Shown: in pieces, positions 14,506-28,810 of the stretch
Layout of the letters: the number at the start of each line of letters is the position of its first letter
Numbering within the stretch: position 1 is the first letter of the stretch
Source: Octopus vulgaris
Taxonomy: Eukaryota
Length of the DNA stretch: 64,000 nucleotides
Reading direction: 5' to 3'
Assembly: GCA_951406725.2 (NCBI GenBank)
Contig: OX597815.1
Span: forward strand, 150,102,001 to 150,166,000
Made by a program: the position numbers and the translations under genes
The notes under the pieces: generated by a model
Seen by the model: the letters and a program-made list of their open reading frames with translations, nothing else
Database searches by the model: none
What the model was told of the DNA's origin: nothing

Positions 14506-14826
14506 TAAGCAAAGGCTAAAGAAAGTTTTCTAAAGCCAATATACTGAAATCCACGTTTAATCTACTTGCTACAGAAAGTTGAACTGAAATGCGGGCAACT
14601 CTACCTTTGGAACATTTAAATTTCGTTATCTTAATATTGAATCAATTTCGGAATCAACACTAAGTGTTTGTTCTTCTTCAGTTAAGCTTACGAGAGAATA
14701 TAAGTGAGATACTAACACGCGCCCATATATCTATATATCTATATATATATATAGGTAGATAGATACATAGACAGATATATATAGATATAGATATAGATAT
14801 ATAGATATATAGATAGATAGATAGAT

Positions 14827-14891
<65 letters not shown>

Positions 14892-16177
14892 CACATAGAT
14901 AGACACATAGATAGATAGAGATATATTTATTTATTTATTTATTTATGTAGGAGTTGTTTGTTTATTTAGTTATTAAATTTATTTACCGACACGGTTGTTC
15001 ATAGCGTAAATGTGTTTGGAATTTGCGGTTTCTTTGGTATGTTTGTACAACACTTATTTTAGTGATGTTGACACCACCATATTAAATGATATTGCCCAGG
15101 TGTTGAAACCATAATGATATCCGTAGGGCAGCTGATGATGGTGGTATGTTGGATTGTTGATGTGGCTGCTTTTCTATACGTAGAATAGTGTTATAATCAG
15201 TGTCTCTGATCATTATCTTCCACTATATTGAAACAACTAATTCAAACTCAACCACTTATAAATTTCCAAAAAAACAATTACTTCATAATACATATTTTTA
15301 ATAGCAGAGATACAGCCAGCAAATAAATAGATGTTATGAAATGATATAAAATTATATTTATTCAATACAATAACGTATTTGCTGTAATTATGATCATGTT
15401 ATTATGCATGTTAGCAACACGGTGTTAATAATACTGTTTTAAAGATAATTAAGCATATGATTATATGATTAGCAATATCAGAATAACAATAGTTTTCGTC
15501 ATTTCCCTCCTTATCATCATTAAAATAATGAGATTTTTTTTCGAAAACTAATGAACGTAAATATTCAGTATCAATTAAACAAACCGAATTCATATGACCA
15601 TGAACGTTATGGATAAAAGAAGAATACTTTTATACATTTTACTGTTGTTTCCTTGACTGAAAGACAATACCAACTTGCAGAAAACAACACAACTATCACA
15701 TTTATAATTCTAAATACAGACGTCCTATTTGAGATTAAGAAAACTAATTACATTGAAATCATAAAATTTATTTCATATTTGATATTTTTGTTTTTCATTG
15801 TGTCCATCTCTTCAAACTATGGTTCTAAAATCACATCATGATATTGGTGAGGCCTGCTACAAGACCATATTTCCTCCAATGCTGCTCAGTCCACCGTGAA
15901 GAAATTTATAATGCACGATAATTTTTTCAAATTTAGAATTTTGCGTTTCTAATTATCTAATTATTTTTTCATTAATAATCATACTTCGTGTTGCTCGTTA
16001 GCAAATCTGAACTTATAATTACAGACTCTAAACGAGAGGAAAGATGAGGTCATTGGTTCTCCTTCAAAGTATAGTATGTGGTATATGTGTATGTGTTTGT
16101 ACGTATATAAACTATATATATATATATATATGTATGTATATGTGTTTTACGAATTGATGTACGTATGCCTGTATGCA

Positions 16178-16244
<67 letters not shown>

Positions 16245-16246
<2 letters not shown>

Positions 16247-16450
16247 AAACATGAAAACCCAAAGAGAAAACACAACAACGCGAGGACGTTGAACAAGTAT
16301 AGTATTATTGGACGCTCAGGAAAGAAGGAAAGAAAGAGGGTTTAACGTTTCGAGCGAAGCTCTGCGGCAGAAACATAGGAAAAGGAAAGATCCCAAAAAG
16401 AGAAGACGGAGGGAAAAAAATCGCCAACGGTACACACGCGGTCACATTTT
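16245..16450 (-). mobile_element. Second copy of the hammerhead-like short repeat
   Basis: Reverse complement reads TTTCTGCCGCAGAGCTTCGCTCGAAACGTTAAACCCTCTTTCTTTCC, colinear with 11690-11740. Confidence 0.5.
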
Positions 16451-17189
16451 ATATACACGCATTATTAGTGTGCTTTAATCTCCCTATAAAACGTTAACAA
16501 CTCTAAAGGTGTTTAGTTGCATAAACCAGTGATACATTTGACAAGAAAAGCTCAAAATCGAAACAGCCATTGCTTATCATCATTCACTAAATATGCGGAA
16601 AGGAAATTACTGAACTTATAACTTTAATACATCTCTACTTATAGTTACTCAATCAGTGATTTGTTGTTTTGTACAGTCGCTGCCGGCCATAGCGACAGCT
16701 GACGTGGTTATTTATGTGACGTATATTAGTCTTAGTGTGGCAATAGATTTCTTGTTATAATGCTATTTGAAGTCGCTTTTGTTGCTTTTGTTGATATTGT
16801 CCGTGTTGTTGTTGTTGTTGTTATGACGGTCACAATAGTTTATATTTTTTCCTACGACTGTTATGATAATTACAGCTATTTTATAATCAGATATTAGAGA
16901 TTAGGCTCGCTGTGCTTTGAAACAAACAATAATAAATGCATACACACAGATCGATGGCACTTATCTAGTTTTATTAGATTCTACAAGCTTATTGTTATTA
17001 AACATTTTAATTTGTCTGGCATAATGTTGCATTGTGTTTCTGACAAATCAGTGTTGGTGTGTGTTTTTCAAATATATATTGCAGATTCGATGAAATGACT
17101 GGTTCATGTCGCTCGAAAAGGCGAGTAATCCCCAATGTTATGTTTCTCTATCTGCATCCATTTTTTTTTTCTGTTTCTTCATTATAATG

Positions 17190-17400
17190 GTACAAATTTT
17201 AGCACAAGGCTGCCGGTTTTCTTTTAGAGAAAACAAAGGAGGTTACATTGATCCCAGTTCTCAAATGGTACTTATTTTATCGACCCGGAAATCATGAAAA
17301 CCAAAGTCGGTCTCGGTGGTGTTTGAACACAGAACGTAAAGGCGGACGACTGCTATTAAGAATTTTCTCAGGGATGCTCACGACGATTATCCCAGCTCAC
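17190..17400 (-). mobile_element. SINE family 2 copy
   Basis: GGTACTTATTTTATCGACCCGGAAA..GAAAACCAAAGTCG..ACGATTATCCCAGCTC is the reverse complement of the family pattern. Confidence 0.65.
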
Positions 17401-17407
17401 TGCAAAA

Positions 17408-17437
17408 ATAATAATGATAATAATAATATTAATAATA

Positions 17438-17507
<70 letters not shown>

Positions 17508-17527
17508 CGATGATGATGATGATGATG

Positions 17528-17564
<37 letters not shown>

Positions 17565-17783
17565 TAATAATAATAATAATGATAGCAACAACAGTAATAA
17601 AAATAACAATAATAAAAATAATAGTAATAATAATAAGATAATGATAATAATAATGACAATAACAAGAAGAAGAAGAAGAAGAAGAAGACGAAGAAGAAGA
17701 AGAAGAAGAAGAAGAAGAAGAAGAAAAGAAAAAGAAGAAGAAGAAGAAGAAGAAGAAGAAGAAGAAGAAGAAGAAGAAGAAGA
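17408..17783. repeat. Compound trinucleotide microsatellite (AAT)(GAT)(AAT)(GAA)
   Basis: Read directly from the sequence. Confidence 0.95.
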
Positions 17784-20700
17784 ATGTCGATATTCAGTAA
17801 TATTTCATTTCAAATAGAAATTTGTGACAAGTGTAGAGGGAACATTTAGTAGGATCCCTTGGTATCTTTTATCTCTCACTCGTTTAAGACGTTCATCTAC
17901 GGTCATGCCGGGTCACCGTCTTAATGATTTTACTTGAACGAATCCATCCAGCCCAGTACATATATTTTAAATGCTGTTACATATCTTATCGGGCTCGTTT
18001 GACAACGGTTACGTCACAGGCCCAAATCAACATCGATCTCGAATCTGTGGCCAGAAGAACAACACATACACAACGACACATTCAAACACTTCTATATATA
18101 TGTGTGTGTTCGTACGTCTATATGTTTGTATGTATGCATATCCAAATGTATAAGTATACTAGAGGCTTCCTAGCAGTTTCTACCTACGAAGTTCACACAG
18201 AGGTCGTTGGCCAGACAGGTGCTATAGTGGAAGATAACTGACCAAGATGCAGTGGGATCGAATGCGAAAGCACCAGGCTGCAAGTTCAGCTTCTTAACAA
18301 CATAAACTTACCTGTGTCTATAGTCATGCGATGTTCGTTCATTCTTATTCAAAGTTGTTTGTTATCAAATGTTCAATGTAACACATAAGACATTCCAGAT
18401 CAGTTAAGCCGTTCATTATATTTATAGACATGTATCGAAAGCACAGAAGTTTATTAGTTTTCTCCAGATATTACATATATTGGATGTTATGACGATGACT
18501 ATGATTGCAAATATTAATCAAAACACTTGATAATCTGTCTCAAAATTATGGATGCTTCAGCTAATAAGCTCTCTCTATATGTATTAAGTTTGCAAAGCGA
18601 TTATACATAATACTGTTATGGAACACGGTTGTCACTTCACAATGGTAGTTGATGGGATACGATCGAATGTAAATTAGATACAGTGTATGAAATATGGCAG
18701 AGGTTAGACATAAACCGTTCTTTCCATACACTCATTTTTATGTCTCTTATCATTATACATCAATTGCCTCTCTTTGTTGAAATTTCTAAGAATACATTGT
18801 ATTTGTGTGTGTATTTGCACTGGTTTCTCTATTTTGTCTTGCATGATAATCGATGAACGGAAATCTTCTGGGTTTCAGTGCGTTGTGTAAGTTTATACTG
18901 GTGTCTGTGCGCAATACGAATATTGTAGTGTATATAGTTCAAATTATATGGTTTCTGTAATTGTTTTAATATCTGTGACATGAAAGCCGTATGTACTTGC
19001 AGTAGATGTTATTCATTACGTTCTCCATTCATATTTTATCAGAATATTTTGCCGTTCGTTTTGTTCCGCTATATTAAGTCATAGTTTGCATTAAACATTT
19101 CAGTTCACACAGGACATACCCTCCGTTAAAGAAGACCAGAAAACTTCATGTCATTGCCTCATAGACTCGGATTAGATTCATGTTGAAAGACACCAACAGA
19201 AAGTGTCATTAGATCTTAGTTTTATTTAATCCGATTCTGTGTCGTATTGGTTTGTGTTCTATTAGTACTGCTCTATCTGATACTGTTGTAATATATGTTA
19301 TTTATGTTGTAATGGATAACAGATAAAGTAATGTCCATAGTTATATCAATTTTGTTGTGAATATTTCATCATTTTGTATATATATATGTCTGAAAACGGG
19401 TTTCTGATGATTAACTTACCAATACACTAACGTGTGATTGATCATAGATATAATCAAATATAACAATTTTCTCTAAAATATTCAAAATATATATTTAACA
19501 GATAATTCAGGTTTCTATGGTTGTTAACCTAAAGAGTGTGGGTGTGTATAAATGTATAGGAATGCATCTGTATGAAGGGTAAAATACAGAGACACAAAGA
19601 TATCTAGCTTTGCGCCTATGATAATTAAGTCAATTATTATCATTTTCATTATTGTTTTGCTTCTATCGACTTATGCTGTCGAACTCTGCATTTGAACATT
19701 TGACAGAATCCGTTGATCTACAACGCTTCTTCTTATTCAACTTTGCTGAAATTTGTTATCAAGCGTCTAATATAATGCGAAGGAAATGACTGATCGGTTT
19801 AGCCATTTATCATATTTATATACAAATATGGGAGACAGAGAGAACTATTACTGTGAATGATAACCAGAATTCTTTGTAATCTATCTCAAAATTCGTGCCA
19901 TGGATTATTTAGGAAGTTGTGGGCTCTCACGAACCAGTCTTTGAACAAATAACTACACATATGAAAGTAAGTACGTATGTGTTACCGCGATTGTCCGTGC
20001 AATGATTTGGTGTGGATTTAGTTTCTACCCACACGAAGAGGCAAATTGTGCCAGCTCATGTAAGATCGTCTTAGGCTTAAGACTGAGAAAAGAAAAAGGA
20101 TGGGGAGAGAGGTAATAACTATGGCGCGTGCCTTGCAATATTCGAGCAGGATGATAATTCAAACTATACTAGTGAATATCACATTGGTGCTAGACAAGGA
20201 AGATTGCTTTGTTGTAACAGGAATCGAGTAAGGGAGTCTAACTGATATATGTGAAATTTTCCTTGAAGTCACCTCCAAATTCAATTGTTAAATGAAATAT
20301 CTGGGTATCACACACCATTTTAATTCCATTTGTAGCATCATCACAAACAAATAGATATATAAATAGAATGATACCAACTAATACACTTTCGGCTGTACAT
20401 AAAATAGACTGTCAATATTAAATGAGGTACAGAAATCAAGCCGATAAAATCACAATTTTCGTTACTTTCAGCTGCAATTTTTAATATATAAGACTCTTCT
20501 AATGGCAGATTCTTTTTGAATATTCCATTGATTAATAAATCACTGTGCTACTATAGGAAACATTTCAGTGCAAGTTTTTAGCGACTTCAATTTTCCGCAT
20601 GGTAAATTCAGTGATGGCATCTGTTATTAATTTTGTTTGACATGTTAAATTGTTACACCACAGAGAAACGACAAAGCCGTTTATTACCAGAAACTTTTCC

Positions 20701-21480
20701 CTTTTGACTCATTTGTAGATAAAATGTTTAGAATGAATTGTTATGTCTATACATTACTAAACACACCTACTCACTGTCCAACATGTTATTCAAATGTATT
20801 CAGCTTGCTTTTCGGCATAGCAATGAAAGAAGCGGAAGGTTTAGAAATATACTTTAATCTTAGTATGTGCGCAACCCCAAAAGAGAAACGAAAAGTAAAA
20901 TATAGAGAGGTAATAAAAAAAACCTCTACGCCAATTTTATGTACTCATCACTATAATGCTTGTTATATATTCTATTGATTATCTTTATTCCCATCTGCTA
21001 TCTGTTTCACAATATTATGAACAGAAACATCACTGCAGCTATTTTCCTCTACATTATTCATAACGTAAGTTTCGTGTTGCAAAGTACGGCAGTTCGGGTT
21101 CCGTTCCAGGGTCAGACCAATTTTACCTCCATTTTCTTTTTCTTTCACAAGGGGAGGTTACTTTTTATCTCTTGCTTAACTTTTGTCCGTTTCTGATGAA
21201 ACGCATCCGTGAGTTCTGTTCCACGGCTTTTTTTTTTAAGCGATTTGTAGCCGTTTCTCAGAAAGAATGATGGACAAACAAATAGGTAGACATACTGACT
21301 GAGAGAGAGAGAGAGATAGAGAAAGAGAGAGACAGATAAACACACTGGTAGATAGATAGATATATAGATAGATTCAAAGAAGAATTGGCTTAGTGAGTCG
21401 TCAAAATCGAAATTAAAATGTATTATTGATGAAGGCAAGATTTGAACTGTCCTTTTAAAATTTATATCAATTTGTCCGTG

Positions 21481-21528
<48 letters not shown>

Positions 21529-21845
21529 TGCGTGTGTATTATATAGATATATGTATGTGTATATGTATATATGTATATAACTTACTTGGAAGTAGATGGG
21601 TGGCGTTCCATCATATAACAACAAAATAATAAATAAAACATATGCATATATACATATATATATGTACGTACCTTGATCTATATGTATATATCCATGCATA
21701 TATGGGTACAGGACACCGAAAAAGCGTCGAACACAGTGAGAAACGAAAACATGAAAACAAAACCAAGGAAACGGACATCCTACGACCGCGAGTTCACTGC
21801 CCCAACCACTGGGCCTCCACATACATACACACACACACACACACT

Positions 21846-21897
<52 letters not shown>

Positions 21898-22321
21898 ACA
21901 CATGATATACTTATACGTATACATACATACATACACTTGCGTCAGAAATTAATTAGCACTTCTCAAATTTCTACATTAAATAGGTTAAATTAATTAACCT
22001 ATGAGCTGTTCAAAACGTCTTACGCGATGAGAAAACTTAGTATGGTGATTTCGGTCCTTGCGAGGCGCTACCTATATCTATTAAACAAAGGAAGATTTGT
22101 CTGCATCCGCACTCCAAGTTGTTGTTGCACTGCTATGTCAACATCATAAGGCTGTAGACTCTCAAACTGCTCTGCAAACAAAGTTACGCCATCGTTCTGC
22201 GCAACAGTGAACTCGCAACAAAGCAATAGTTCGAGATATGGCCACTAGGTGACAGCACATACCTTGAGTGAAGAGCAAATCAAGGGTGCTAATTAATCTC
22301 TGACGGTAGTGTATATGAATA

Positions 22322-22709
22322 CTAGCAGTATCGCCCGGCGTTGCTCGCGTTTGTTTCGACCCGCTGGAATTGAAATTTTTGAAAAGTAGAACTTTTGCAT
22401 TATGTAGCTTGTTATTCTCTTCAAGTGAACATTTTTCTGGTTGAAATACACCGAAAAGTGGCGACACAGCAGTGATAAAATCGTAATAAATAGGGATTTT
22501 CATAGAAAAAAGGACCTTTTTGATGTAAATAATTTTTGGTGTTAACATGGTCCGATTTGAATTTTATTTTCTACGGAAGGAAGAGCAACCCTTCTATCAT
22601 ACTCTCAATTTTGGTCAACTTGTGCCGCAGGGTCTCGGAAGAGATAGTGTTAGTTGAAGGCTACCAAACCTGGCGCACACAGACAACTTCAGCTTTATAG
22701 AGAGAGAGA
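22322..22709 (-). mobile_element. Non-autonomous Helitron (~390 bp)
   Basis: Minus strand begins A|TCTCTCTCTCTATAAAGCTGAAGTTGTCTGTGTG and ends CGCGAGCAACGCCGGGCGATACTG-CTAG|T (GC hairpin plus CTAG, inserted between A and T). Confidence 0.75.
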
Positions 22710-22999
22710 TAACACACACATATTAATACACATACATACACACACACACACATCTATGTATGTATGGATGTATGTATGTATATATGTACATCTGTCCACT
22801 TCTTGCCATATTTTTATCTTTCACTTCCTACACACACACACACACACACACTCTCACACACACAAACACTCACACACACACACGCACGCACACACACACA
22901 CACCTTCTTAGCTTACGATTTTCTTTCAACAATTGACACTGTCATATATGTATATGTTTGCGTGTCTATGTGTGTAAAGAGAAAGTGGGAGAAAGTGTG

Positions 23000-23589
<590 letters not shown>

Positions 23590-24001
23590 TATAGATATAT
23601 AGATATATAGATATATATAGATATAGATATGGATATAGATATAGGTATGTGTGGGTGTGTTCATATGCAAGTATTTATGCGACGGTTTTAAAGTATGACA
23701 AACGAAATACGACATACTTTTAAATAGTGGGTAATACTTTAATAGTGCATGTGCACGCTGACGTCACAACCTTATCGAATGATCAAGAATGTTTTCTAGA
23801 ACTGAAATCAAGCAAATTCTATAGGCCAATCGATGGCACTATTTAAAGTACAACTGTCAATAAATATTCTATATGTGACAGGTAATTCAATTAGTGCATT
23901 CTATCTTTAAATATCCGCTTAAAAAAACATGCTGGAAATAATTTCAATGATGAATGTTAACTACTAGAATCCAAATCTGATATCACACCTTTTTCGATGT
24001 A

Positions 24002-24233
24002 CAGTAATACCTCGCTATATCGCGGTTTACCTTTCGCAGTTCACCAATCGCGTTTTATTATTTAAGCTTTTGTCGATTTTCCTGTAGTGTTGATTTGCAT
24101 TTATGCTAGAATAAATAAATACAAATTATAGAAATAGTGAAAACAAATACAAATTACTGTTTCTTGTTCACAGATTTTCACCTATCGCGAGGGCTTTTAG
24201 AACGTAACACCCGCGATAGTCGAGAGATAACTG
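24002..24233. mobile_element. Tigger/pogo-like MITE
   Basis: TA|CAGTAATACCTCGCTATATCGCGG ... CCGCGATAGTCGAGAGATAACTG|TA: imperfect TIRs with a TA target duplication. Confidence 0.75.
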
Positions 24234-24927
24234 TAAACTTCGTCTGCATTTACTGAAGTATGTGAGAAGGTAAATGCTACAAACAAAACTGAATCTGTGA
24301 GGAAAGAAACCAACGCAACTGGTTCAATGCTGTATTCTGTATTCTAACATCTGTTTCAAGCGTGGTATAAATATCAAAGCTTTAGTTTCAGTATAACTTT
24401 GGCAATAATTGTTTTTTTCTAGTTAAACTGAAAGACGTCAGCTCAATCCAGTTCCATATTTTATGAATTACCTTAATGAGTTACGGTTCTTTTCCCTTTC
24501 AGACACCCACAGCCTCCGTTCCTTCTAAAACTATATTAAATATGTATTCTGCGAGATGCTGAATAAACGTTCACTTAAATTTTTTAATGTTTTTACCTTC
24601 TGTCTCTTATCGTTCACTTGTTTCAATAATTAAATTGCGGCTCTGCTGGGGCACCGCTTTGAAGAGTGTTTAGTCGGATGAACCGTCCCCAGTACACACA
24701 CACACATACTTTGTTTGATGAAAGTGGAGAAGGACGATGATGATGATGAGAGCAATAATGATGACGACGACAACGGCAACCACCACAGCGACGACGATGA
24801 TGGTGACATTAACGAGTAGCTGTTGATGATGATTATGATCATAAGTACAGCTGTAACGTTAATCTTGATATGTTTCCGCTCGTCTCTTGAGGCTTTCTGT
24901 TTTCACTTACAATAATATTTATCATCA

Positions 24928-25106
24928 GGCGTAGGAGTGGCTGTGTGGTAAGTAGCCTGCTTACCAACCACATGGTTCCGGGTTCAGTCCCATTGCGTGG
25001 AATCTTGGGCAAGTGTCTTCTACTATAGCCTCGGGCCGCCCAAAGTCTTGTGAGTGGATTTGGTAGACGGAAACTGAAAGAAGCCCGTCGTATATATGTA
25101 TATATA

Positions 25107-25165
<59 letters not shown>

Positions 25166-25493
25166 ATCACGTGACCGACCAGACCATCAGATGTTGTTAC
25201 ACATCGCTGGTCACAATGCGTTCGCATTGTTTTAGCCTTCGAATGACGCCACCCCGCCCATGTATGTATGTATGTATATGTTTGTGTTTCTGTGTTTGTC
25301 CCCAGCAACATCGCTTGACAACAGATGCTGGTGTGTTTACGTCCCCGTAACATAGCGGTTCGGCAAAATGGACCGATAGAATAAATACTAAGCTTACAAA
25401 GAATACGGCCTGGGATCAATTTGCTCGACTAAATCCGGTGCTCCAGCATGGCCACGGTCAAATGACTGAAACAAGTAAAAGAGAGTAAAAGAG
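24928..25493 (+). mobile_element. tRNA-derived SINE family 1 (CORE-like, internal microsatellite), with a ~100 bp insert
   Basis: A box TGGCTGTGTGG, B box GGTTCAGTCCC, CORE-like CTTGGGCAAGTG, tail CAAATGACTGAAACAAGTAAAAGAG. Confidence 0.85.
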
Positions 25494-27230
25494 TATCATT
25501 CTGAGACTGCTATGATTAAAAAACGAAATGTCTGACTTTGTCGCTCCGCACAGTGAGATCAAACTCGGAACCATCTCGTTAGGAAGGAGAACTTAGCCAA
25601 GTCTACAACACTGCTAATCAATTCGATACATTATTGTTCTGATGAACAGAAAGCTGTATGTTGCTGAGTGCAGATAATTTATTTTAGATGTTGAAAGCAG
25701 TATTCTTTACATAATATAGACATAGGTAGAAAAGGCATCTAAGTCGCAACAAATGGTTTCAGATAGAATATATTTACGAGCAGCGTCTGTATGAGAAATG
25801 TGCTGCAACTTGGAAAAAGTGTGCGTTGAATAATTTAGAGGACGTCATCTTTAAGTTGTTTCCCTTGCGGGCCACATATTCCATATTTAATGCTAGCGTA
25901 AATTGTATTGCAGAGTTATTAAAAGTTACAACAAGAAAATAACAGGCGTTCCTTGCTGCTGTTGGTGTTGTTGTTTTGTGGTCGTCTTTTGTTGTTGTTC
26001 TTGTTTGACTTTTTGCTGTTGAATTTCCTGTTTCATTACTGTTGTTGTGGTTGTTGTGATTTCACTCTTTTCTCCGAATTGACCAATCAAAACAATGACT
26101 AAACGAGTTCTAGTTCTAGCCTTGAATATCTCGTTCACTTTGTCCAATACGTTCTACATTAATCTCAGAAGGCAGAATGCTATTTGAGAAAGTTCTCGCT
26201 GCTATTTTCAGCAATTTGAGCAATCTGGCCGAAATGCATGGCATATATTTTTATTACGTGTCTGTGTATGTGTGTGTCTATATGTGTGTTTGCGTCGTTT
26301 TATGCACCAACATAGAACTTCAAAATGTATTTTGAGGTAAAAATTCCGTGCGTGGCCTTGTGGCGAAGAAGCTCGCAACGCAGTTAGTTTTTCCAGGTTC
26401 CATCTCACTGTACGATATCCTGGGGAAGTGTTTTCTAATATAGTCCCGACCAACCAATGCCTTGAAAAAAAATTTGGTAGAGATAGAAAGAGAGTGGGGG
26501 AGAGAGATCCATGCCACATAGTTCATAGCTTTGTTTCAATGAGTGACAAGTTGGATAGTGTCTCCTACAATAGTCTCGGGCCAGCCAGTCTTGTGTGTTC
26601 ACTTGGTAGACGTAAATTGAAAGATGTCAGTCTTGTGTGTGTGTGTGTGTGTGTGTGTGTGTCAGGGTATGTTTGCGTATGGGTTTATTTTGGCTTCTGT
26701 GTTTGTCCCCCACCGCCGCTTGACAACCGGTTATGGGATGTTTAAGTTAGCGGTTTGACAAAAGGAGTCGATAGCATAAGCACCAGGCCTTACAAAAATC
26801 AAAATAATAGGTTCTGATGTTGACTGGTTTTGACAAAAGCCTTCGTGACGGGTGCTCCTGCATGACTGCACTCCAATGACTGAAACAATTAAGAGATTAA
26901 AGTATTAATAATCATACATACAATATATCGCTTCGATGTTACTTACGAGATCGGTAAGCTTCCGGAGATTGCTGTGATTAGCTGCCAATCGAATGTAGGA
27001 ATTGGTATCATTGCTACTGTAAAATTTAACCTAACTGGTACAAGTATTTGTTACGTAGACACGGAGAACCAAAACACTATAATGACCACGTGAATGTAAA
27101 GCAAAGGATAGAAAGAAAGACATACGGTGTGACAGGTAGGCAAACAGAAAAAAGGATACAGTGCGTAAAGTGAATCGGCGCTGCGACTTATAAACAAATA
27201 AGCGTACCGAATTTTTTATATGTCCATTTA

Positions 27231-27452
27231 TTCTTTAATTTGTTTCAGTCATTTGACTGCGGCTATGCTAGAGCATCGCCTTTAGTCGAACAAATCGCCC
27301 CCAGGTCTTAGTCTTTATAAGTATAGTACTTATTCTATTGGTCAGTTTTCCCGAACCGCTAAGTCCATAAACACACCAATATAGGTGGTTAAGTGATGCG
27401 GGGTGGCGGCAAAGACAGATCCACAAACATATATATATATATGTGTGTGTGT

Positions 27453-27507
<55 letters not shown>

Positions 27508-27736
27508 CGAAGGCTTCTTTCAGTTTTCATCTACCAAATCAACTTACAAGGCTCTGGTCGGTTCGAGGATCTAGTAGAAGACAAACGCCCAAGATCTCAC
27601 GCAGTGGGATTGAACCCGGAACCATGTGGCTGGTAGGCAAGCAACTTACCACAGAGCCAGATGCGACGCACTGGGACTGAACTCGGAAACATGTGGTTGG
27701 TAAGCAAGCTATTTGCCACACAGCCACTCCTACGCC
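27231..27736 (-). mobile_element. SINE family 1 copy with a duplicated tRNA head
   Basis: Reverse complement of the family-1 pattern. The head segment GGGA.TGAAC.CGGAA.CATGTGG occurs twice (~27605 and ~27673). Confidence 0.8.
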
Positions 27737-28609
27737 TGTTTATATCTTTGAAATATTTTTGTTACTTACACAGAGTTTTCCTTTGTCTTTTCTATAATGC
27801 ATGGCCGAAGGGTTCAGAAACTTGCTTACCGCCTACACAATTTCGAGTTCAATCCTTCTTCGTTTCATTTATGCAATTTTTTTCTGTGAAAAAAGCTTTG
27901 GCAGAGCGAAAGTGTGTGGAAACGTTTAGCGGAGACACGTGCCTCTATTCTTAATCCCGTGCTCGGTTTTAGATCATTGTAAAATTTTCGTTTCGAACAT
28001 GTGTTCAGTATCTGTCTCTCCCGAACGACAATGGACTTTCTTCGACTGGTCAGTCAGTATTCATGCTGCAACGCCATTTTAGACTTTATTGCCATTCGTC
28101 TACTACATCTCGTTTTTGTTCTTGTCTTTCGCAGTGGTATTGAAGGGACTGCTCCAAGGCGTATGTTTCTGACTGGCTAATAGAGATCCTTGTTCATGTA
28201 GTCGTCAGATTCAACCTCTCAGCCTGACCAACGGGACCCCAAGGTGTACCAAGCAATAAATACAGAAGTAAGACTAGCTCAAAGATCATGCCAATTTTAG
28301 GACACCATTCCAGGAATATCCTAAATTTTAGGACTTAGAATTTGTTTCAAAAGGAGACAAAATATTACCAGATAGCTGCATATTTTAGTCCGCAAAAGAT
28401 ATTCTCATCGAGAGCAGGCGGAAACCTACAATAGCGTCAGGCATCGTCGTCCCGTCGTAGAATGTTGGCTGCCCTGCTCTCTTCTTGCAATCCACTTTCA
28501 GAATTTTCCAATAACTTTAAGGTTATATCATAAGGAAACAAGAAACTATGCATTTTAAATTGCATACTTAATCAAACATCAAACACAAGTATTGAATATT
28601 ATAAAGAAT

Positions 28610-28653
<44 letters not shown>

Positions 28654-28682
28654 AGATATATGACGACGATGGCGATCAGAGA

Positions 28683-28744
<62 letters not shown>

Positions 28745-28810
28745 ATGCATGTATATATTAAAGTATTTACGTATATACATGTATACATGCATATACATGT
28801 ATACTATTGA

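Noticed and set aside
28020-28500. Possible RTE LINE 3' remnant
   Set aside because: No diagnostic motif could be read with confidence.
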